Shown here: positions 55,596 to 64,000 of the stretch, one piece after another | How positions within the stretch are numbered: position 1 is the stretch's first letter | How the letters are laid out: each line of letters opens with the position of its first letter | Assembly: GCA_951406725.2 (NCBI GenBank) | Contig: OX597815.1 | Location: 204,290,001 to 204,354,000 of the forward strand | Length of the DNA stretch: 64,000 nucleotides | Source of the DNA: Octopus vulgaris | Taxonomy: Eukaryota | Direction of reading: 5' to 3' | Notes under the pieces: model-generated | Databases searched by the model: none | What the model saw: the letters and a program-made list of their open reading frames with translations, nothing else | Told to the model about the DNA's origin: nothing | Made by a program: the position numbers and the translations under genes

Positions 55596-57520
55596 ATTGT
55601 TCAGTTTTATTTCAAAAATCTTGCCAATAGAGAAAGAGCCGGTTTCTAAACTAGATTCAAGGCTCCAACATTGGAATTTCAGCATCAACAACAGGGTATT
55701 TTTGCTTGTATGTATGCATGTATATGTGGATGTATATATGGATGTATATTTGGATGGATGGATGTATGTATGCATGTATGTATGCATGCATGTATGTATG
55801 TATGCATGTATGTATGTATGTATGTATGTATGTATGTATGTATGTATGTATGTATGTATGTATGTATGTATGTATGTATGTATGTATGTATGTATGTATG
55901 TATACAGATTTGTATGCTTTGCTTTATATATGTATTCTCATGCATATTGTTGCGTATCTAGACATGTTCATATATATTTAAATAATAAACTTCTGGAAAA
56001 TTTTAAAGATTTTTACAGTTCCAGTGATGGGTTGGATCTGTAGTCTTCGAATTCGCTTTCTCTTTTCTGGTTTTGAGAAGCCTAATTTCTCAAAATTAGT
56101 ATTTAGGCAGTGTGTTACATATCTCAGGGCCCCAATAATTACAGGTATAAACCTGAACTTGTAAACTTGATAGAGTAATTGCAGATTTCTCCATAGTGCA
56201 GCGGAGGTATTCTCTTTCTCACTAATCTTCAGTTTTATGTTAACATCCCATGGCAACTAATTTCCACAATTTTGCCCAGTTTCTCTTCTCTATCCCAAAT
56301 CATTATATCAGGTCTGTTGTGCTTACATTTTATTGAGGACTTCACTGGGACATTTTACTAGTACTCCTTTTATTGAGTGGCTATGGCTTCTACCATACAG
56401 TGAGTTCTTATTTCTTTGTCCTTGGTGTTATCCTCCCGACGGATTTCATTATGGAGTGTCCTAGCCACATCATTTCTCATCGGTAGATAATTCCGTGATG
56501 ACATTTTCGGACTACTACTTATGATTTGGGTAATATCTTCGGTGTTAACTTCACAAAGTCAGCATCAGTTATCACCTTTTACTCTTTTTCCTGCATCTCT
56601 ATCTCTTTTGTGCATCAGGTACTTGGTTGATATTTCCTGTTCCTGGATTGTAAACGCATACTCTTCAAATTGGGAGGTAGTATTTCGGTTATTGGTCCAT
56701 GATAAACCACTTTGATCGATGTTGCTATCATCACGGAGCTTTCTACTAACATATCCAAGCACAGTTTTCTGCTCATATAGGTTCATTCATTCATACGTTG
56801 TGGTGGAGTTGTGCAACGTCTTTAAGCATGTATTCAAGGTTATCAGACAAAGAGTGTTGCTCAAGAAGCTGCCTTCCAAGTCTTATGATGTCATCAGCCT
56901 CATGTATGCAAACTTGGTGGTTAAAAGATTATATCGAAAGTATATGATACGACATTCAAAGGCATTTTGGATTGATATTAATCCTCTGCGACCTTGTTTT
57001 TATTTTAGGTAGAAGCTGTCTACGTTACTGTTTATTTGGTAATTATGTGAGCTTGTTCGTATTTTTCAGGTGTTCACATCAATGGCTCGTTATTCATCAA
57101 GCGTCCAATCAAGCAGCCCAAATGTTGGTATGAGTACTTGCACAGCAAACACATTGTGGGTCACTGCTTTATTGAATGCAGAGAGTTCTAAGATCCAAAT
57201 TTTCTTTATTCAGCTGTAATATTCTTCAGTGACACGTGTTTTATTACAGGTGCCATTGTAAGATATGTTTTCACCCACCCCTAGATACCTGTAACATTCC
57301 TCGTCATATATACGGGAAACATTCAAATCATTGATGGAGATTTACTAGTTTGATTTATAGTTTTCCCTCTTTTCACAACCATAAAACATTTATCCTGGCC
57401 AAACTCCACCCCTACATCCTTTGAGAATGTTATAAATAGATCAAGGTTCTTTTTCATCTCATGCATATTTTTTGCATAAAGTTTCAAGTCATCCACAAAT
57501 AAACAGTGTGTAATTTTGGT
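55596..57520 (-). mobile_element. R4/Dong-like RLE-type LINE, 5'-truncated and decayed
   Basis: ITHCLFVDDLKLYAK (RT) at ~57470-57515; FTIQEQEI; NRPDIMIWDREEK and P.D.NI...EK...IPVIIGAL (restriction-like endonuclease); putative 3' UTR to 55596. Confidence 0.85.
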
Positions 57521-57531
57521 ATTTGTATAAG

Positions 57532-57780
57532 TGAAGGTGCGTGGTTTAGTGGTTAGAGTATTCGGCTCATGATTGTTAGGTTATGAGTTCGATTCCTGGC
57601 CACGCGTTGTGTCCTTTAGCTAGACACTTTATTCTACATTGCTCCAGTCCACTCTACTGGTAAAAATGAGTAGTCCCTGTAATTTAAAAAACCATCTTTG
57701 TCGCATTCTGTATCACGCAGAATTTCCCTAAGAACTACGTTAACGTTACACATGTCTGTGGAGTACTCCAAAGGGAGGAC
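57532..57780 (+). mobile_element. tRNA-derived SINE family D
   Basis: TGGTTTAGTGG A-box, AGTTCGATTCC B-box, GTTGTGTCCTT...CCAGTCCACTC body. Confidence 0.8.
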
Positions 57781-58104
57781 ATTTGAATAGTAACCACGAG
57801 TGTAATGGGTAGAACTGTTTACAAGCCTGACTTTGTGCGGACGTCCTAGTATGCAGCTCTGCAAATTATATTCATTTGGACGGTCACACCGAAGATCTAC
57901 GGACATCTTAGGTAAGTAAAATTATGTAATATGGTGATAGTGAAACATGAATGTGAATAATCCATATTTTTATTGCTTTTCTTTTACCTTGCTCGATTAC
58001 GTTTTGGTTGTTTTGCTGAATTTTTCTTGGGAACATTTCTTAGTGGTATGACCATAGCGGATCTATTTCTAGCATAAGGGTGTCCACATAGTGGTTTCCC
58101 TCTC

Positions 58105-58152
<48 letters not shown>

Positions 58153-58244
58153 GTACATACATGCGTACAGACATATATGCGAGAGAGAGTAGCCTGCTCC
58201 TATTGAAAAGCTGTGTGTGTGTTTGTGTCTGTGTGTTCCTCTTC

Positions 58245-58830
58245 TTCGGTTGTCTATCGTAAATTGACGTCGACTGTTCCTGTTGAGTAATCATCTCTGG
58301 CAGGCTTGCTTGTGGGCTTCAAGGCTTGCTTTAATCTGCAGCAGCGATGACGTAGTGAAAGTGAAACTAACTTGACGCAACGGACAACCGAGATGTGACG
58401 CCTCTCATGTGCTCCTTCGTATTCTCTCTGTTGTTTCTCCACAATGTCTCGAATCACGGGATTTAGCGACCGGTGCCATTCATCGACCTGCAGGCTCTTC
58501 TCTTGCCAGGTGTCTGGAGAGATGCCGGAGTTCTTCATATCTCTTTTCAGCATATCCCCATATCGCAACATCTGGCCACCATGGATCCACTTGCCCCGAT
58601 GCAATTCAGCATAGAAAACCGCCTTTTGGTGCCTGCCACCCTCCATTCATTAATCATATCCTGCACAGCACAGCTGCGATGGGGGTCTTCACACTAATTC
58701 CGTCAATGCTACGCAGAACATCTACAAAAGGAGTGCGATCCTGCCATCAGATATCTAAGACGGAGCACAGATGACAAAGTTGGACTCGCGTGAGGGCCTT
58801 CATGTGCCTGCAGTAGAAGGCCATGCACTT
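58245..58830 (-). mobile_element. RTE-clade LINE 3' fragment
   Basis: KAVFYAELHRGK..HGGQMLRYGDMLKRDMK...W motif. Confidence 0.75.
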
Positions 58831-58845
58831 ATATATATATATATA

Positions 58846-59001
<156 letters not shown>

Positions 59002-62000
59002 GCTTCTCTCCCAGTTCCGCAACAGTTACGATGGGATTTTGTTCCACCAAGGAACAAGACGCCCTCGTCAAGCTGTACAGATCTTGCAGGACGAGGCTCG
59101 TCTTCTAGGTTATAGTTTCCGACTCGGAAATTCTGGAACCACTGTTGACTACTGTTGGCTACCGCTTATTATCCGATCCCCATTTACTCGCACTTTACTT
59201 CACATATCACAAACTCTTCAGGAGTGTAATTGTATAATTTTTGTTCTTGATCTGCTTGCAAATACCTTAATAAACTCAAATATGACCTGTGATCAAGCGG
59301 TGATCCAACATCTGAAGAGTAAAACTCACTACAAACACACGCGCACACACATACACACACACACACTCTCATAAATATACATACATTACACACATCCAAT
59401 ACTGTATCAAACATTTCGATCAATTAGACCGTCTACATTTTGTATCTAGTTTCTGCTACGTCTATAGCTTCCTGTCTTTTGAACTCGTTAAGGTTATGCT
59501 TTTCCAATATAAACCCTGCTCGATGCAGTCATCTGTCATCAATATGTCACTGTAAATCATTTCCTAAAATCCCTACAAAATATAGTCCAGAACTATATTT
59601 TCTTTTCAATTAAATGGCAATCAACAATTCAGATGAAATTTTAACCGCACTAAACTCACAATTTCCTCGGTTCGATCTCAACTCCTCAGACCAATGAGTA
59701 CGAAATAAAAAAAAAAAAGAGTATTGGACCCCTAAGAAAGACAAATGCTAAATTACCACGTCTTTTTTCACACACTTGTTTTTGTAATCAGGAGGGAATA
59801 TACAAAACATTCAATAGTCGTAAAATTATAATAGGATATCAACATGCAGCCCATCTAATTGTCATAATAATGATTTAACGGTTTCATATTCTATACGTTT
59901 CTTTTTGACTTACTGTTTCACTAACATATTTTGAGTTGAATTTATAGGTGGGTGTATTTTTTACTAAATTTCCATTATAAACAACTAATGTGGGAGTATT
60001 TTTAATTTATTTTGACCATAGACACTGAAGTCACAAAATGAAAAGAAAGATAGCAGAAATCGTGTATCATTCAGTAATAATATAATAAATATAGTATTTA
60101 AATCACGACAAAATTACACGCAGTTCGCTTGTTCCTTTTATTTACTTTCATGTATGTGTAGGATGGTGATTTTTCAAAAACTATTTTAACTTCAATGTTA
60201 TTATACTGACTGAAAACTATAACGTCACGTTAGAAAACTTCCTGTTTTGAACTTTGCTTTTTTAAATTACCATGGCAAGCAATAAAACCGCAGGAAATGA
60301 CAACAAAATTTCCATTGTAACATATTTAAGAACCAATTTAACAATATGTTACAAACTGATTATTTACATTATTACCCCTTGCATCGCATAAGGATTTTAT
60401 TATTCAAATACATTTGTGCCTGTCTAAGAATTATTCGCTGTTTTATCACATTTATCTTTATCAAAAGATAACCTTCATAAATAGTTAACACATTTTCATA
60501 ATTTAACTTTTGTATAATACTTAGTGAGGAGAATTCTGAGATTTTACATGAACTGAGAAAAAATATAATATTACTATGCATCTAAACAGTCATAAATTTG
60601 ATTAATAAGGTAATGAAGTCTTCTTTAATAAACTTCCTGGTATTTTAGATACAGATATTGTTTTCAATTTTTTCTTAAGGTACTGAATCTTAGGTTAATA
60701 CGTCCTGCGATAAATATGACCATTGAATGCATTCAACGGAATTCGATCAAAGATTTCGAAGCAGGTATCCAGCAATGTTCCTTGTTAGCTGTACGCTTGT
60801 GCGCGCGCACACAACTGACGCAGAAAGGTGGAAAATATGCGCGCATAAGTTTTCCAAGATGAAATAAATTTTTTAATACATGCAAAATGAAAGAAAATTG
60901 GGAAGTTGACAATTCCTCAGTGACCTTTTGGTGTAACTATGTAACTTCATAATTTCACACGAAACTTTGACATCGTTTGTACGGTGCTTTGTGAACTGTC
61001 ATCGCCGCTACTTGTTCAGTCGAGAGAAATAATTGCTAAGCATGTTATTAATTTCACTTTCTTCAGATTACAATGTCCTGGTAGTCTGATAAACTCTGAA
61101 CACTTTATAATTCTAGTATTTTTAGAAATATATCCCATCCTATTTATTTCGAAAAGAAAGAACAATCAGAAAAGAAAGAGACCCACTGTGACCTACTGTT
61201 CGGGAGTAACACGAGAAAAACAGATACTGATGAGAAAAAAGATTACTGAAGTCTGCTAAAAGAGCTTTTGGAATAGTAGAAATATTAGGATAAAGACCAA
61301 GATAGGAAGTTGAAAATTGTGATAAAGGAAAAGGGAACCATTGAAATGGTCCATTTCTGCTTGCTTTAAAAGGTAAACAAAAGGAAGACAAGGTGAATAG
61401 ATTAAATATCCTGATTTCTGGCTGATATTAGAGAAATAATTAGTTAAAAGATTTTTTTAATTTTTTGTGCAAGAGAAAATTAAATCCAAAATTATTAAAA
61501 AATTTTTCATAACTGGTAGTTATGAAGGAAGTGTTTTGTGCAAAGTTGATAGATATTTGAGGAACCTTCCTTGCATTTAGTGCAAACTGTGAATGAGGTT
61601 GTAGTCCAATGAATGAAAAAGAAACAGTCTTGGAAACCGTTTAGGAAAATGCCATTTAATATGCTTATGTGAGAGGAAAAGTTACCAATTATATGAAAAT
61701 TCAGTCAGTTTAGGTAAAGTGCATAAATCACTGGCCTATGCCAGAAAAGGAATAAGGTAACAGTCATTGAATCGAGAACCAAACAACTTCAGAATAAATA
61801 GAAGAGTATATATATATATATATAATGTTTGTATATACACGTGTGTGTGAGTGCATATATATTTTGATTACATGTATGAATAAATAGATATAATTGTTTA
61901 AATATTTATATTTAGCATGCATTTAATTATTTGATATGCTCATAAATAGTTTGTGTGTAGGAGTGTGTTTATATATATACATTTGTATGCGCATGTGTAA

Positions 62001-62325
62001 ACGAGTGTACGAATTTGTTTAGCAGGAAATGTTTGTTTCCATACCTAAATGAGGTCACCACTGTCTCATTAGAAATATGGTGCTCACACATGTCTTTTAA
62101 TAGTGACAATTTGACACACACACACACACACGCATATACATATAGGCATATAAAGTTATATCCATACATACACACATACATATACATACATACATACATA
62201 CATACATACATACATACATACACACATACATACATACATACATACATACATACATACATACACACATACATACATACATACATACATACATACATACATA
62301 CATGCGTGCATAAATATATACATAC

Positions 62326-62733
62326 TTTCTTTACTCTTTTACTCTTTTACTTGTTTCAGTCATTTGACTGTGGCCATGCTGGAGCTCCGCCTTTAGTCGA
62401 GCAAATCGAGCCCAGGACTTATTCTTTGTAAGCCTAGTACTTATTCTGTCAGTCTCTTTGCCGAACTGCTAAGTTACGTGGATGTAAACACACCAGTATT
62501 AGTTGTCAAGCAATGCTAGGGGGAAAACACAGACAGACAAAAATATACGCACATACATACATATATATAAACATATATACGACGGGCTTCTTTCAGCTTC
62601 GGTCTACCAAACCCACTCACAAGTCTTTGGTCGGCCCGGGGCTATAGTAGAAGACACTTGCCCAAGATGCCACGCAGTGGGACTGAACCCGAAACATGTG
62701 GTTTGTAAACAAGCTACTTACCATACAGCCACT

Positions 62734-62734
<1 letters not shown>
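62326..62734 (-). mobile_element. SINE family A
   Basis: Reverse complement of 25077-25474. Confidence 0.9.
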
Positions 62735-62795
<61 letters not shown>

Positions 62796-62796
<1 letters not shown>

Positions 62797-63033
62797 TTTA
62801 TTTAAAGCAGCAGAAAATTCTACAAAACCTGTTACTCTGAGTTTCACGTTGCCGTTCGGGTTCAGGGAGTTTTTGCTAGAAACTACCAAAAACTGTCCGA
62901 TGAACGGCAACGTGAAACTCAGAGTAACAGGTTGTGTAGAATTTTCTGCTGCTTTAAATAAAGCATATTACTCTACCACTGGTATTTGAGTACTCTTTTT
63001 TTCCACCTTGTTTCACATTTATGTGTTTACTCC

Positions 63034-63037
<4 letters not shown>
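62796..63037 (+). mobile_element. Short PLE-type terminus with fold-back and hammerhead
   Basis: 62796-62857 is the reverse complement of 62902-62963; 3' part homologous to 41560-41710; within (TA)n. Confidence 0.75.
62893..62930 (+). ncRNA. Minimal hammerhead-like motif with CCGANGA core
   Basis: CTGT-CCGATGA-ACG-GCAA-CGT-GAAA-CTCAGAG-TA-ACAG. Confidence 0.65.
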
Positions 63038-63113
<76 letters not shown>

Positions 63114-63117
<4 letters not shown>

Positions 63118-64000
63118 GTTGGCAAGAAAGTAATTTCGATTTTCACAAATAGAGTTACAATTTTTTGAATGACTTTTGTCAATGTTACGATTTTTTCCAT
63201 TTGACATTTGATAGCCATTACTTTCAGCTTACTTTAGAAGCAAATAGTGAGTAATTTTGTTTACGACTTTTAGTTCAGCGTCAATTTTAACATGGAGTGC
63301 AAAAACAAACATTTTCGCCATATTTCGCTCTTTTTATTTCTATAAAGGCAAGAAAGCTGATATGTGAAGTTTATGATGGTGATTGCCTAACAGAATGCAC
63401 ATGTCAGAAATGGTTTTTAAAATTCCGTTCTGAAGATTTTTCACTCAAAGATTACCAATGTTCTGGTCGACCTATTGAAGTTGATGATGACCGAATCAAA
63501 GCCATAATTGAATCTGATTGTCATATAACTGTGAGCGAGATTGTAGAGAGATTAAATGTATCACACACAACAATTGAAAATCACTTAAAATGTCTTGGAC
63601 TCGTTAAGAAGCTCGATACTTGGGTTCCACATGAATTGAAAGAGTTTCACTTAACACGATGAATCAATATTTGCGATATGCATCTCAAACGCAATGAAAC
63701 CGACCTTTGTTTTAAACGAATCATCACAGGTGATGAAAAATGGATTTTCTATAATCGAAGACGATCATGGTCCAAGCGTAATAAATCAGCACAAACCACA
63801 TCGAAAGCTGGATTGCATCAAAAAAAGGTCATGCTGTCAATTTGGTGGGATTACAATGGTGTTGCGTACTTTGAGCTGCTTCCAAGGAACCAAACGATCA
63901 ATTCAGATGTTTACAGTCAACAACTAATGAAACTGGTGGAAGCAATCAAAGCAAAACGGCCAGAATTGGCAAATCGTAAAGAAATAGAGTTCCACCATGA
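63114..64000 (+). mobile_element. Mariner transposon, pseudogenised, running off the window end
   Basis: TA|TTGGGTTGGCAAG TIR; ORF 63297-63662 with WF.KFRS, SGRP, WVPHEL; IITGDEKW in the continuation; stops and frameshifts. Confidence 0.93.

Noticed and set aside
57780-57917. Exon ending at AG|GTAAGT
   Set aside because: No convincing acceptor, adjacent to a SINE, and the peptide is unrecognisable
60780-61400. GCGCGC-rich promoter-like patch followed by a decayed ORF-like stretch
   Set aside because: Short motifs only; no recognisable domain or transcript evidence

Overview
AT-rich, repeat-saturated eukaryotic DNA. The SINE families and microsatellite load suggest an octopus genome (inference). 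I can support no intact protein-coding gene, and almost all ORFs in the track are microsatellite translations. The window is a mosaic of tRNA-derived SINEs (about 4 families), decayed Penelope-like elements (PLEs; RT and GIY-YIG fragments plus pseudo-LTRs), RTE and R4/Dong-like LINE remnants, two mariner copies, a Chapaev-like transposase relic, Helitron pieces and microsatellites. The most striking signal is in RNA structure. An ORF-less ~489-bp tandem array (11205-13449) carries a complete type I hammerhead ribozyme in every full unit and flips orientation mid-array, as expected for a retrozyme/circular-RNA-type element. At least four further hammerhead families occur in short PLE-type termini, several arranged as fold-backs, including variant cores (CCGANGA, CUGUNGA) whose copies vary as a conserved structure would. 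Also notable: a SINE flanked by a ~296-bp target-site-like duplication, SINE multimers joined at one fixed palindromic junction, and a ~2-kb garbled duplicate that is probably an assembly artefact.
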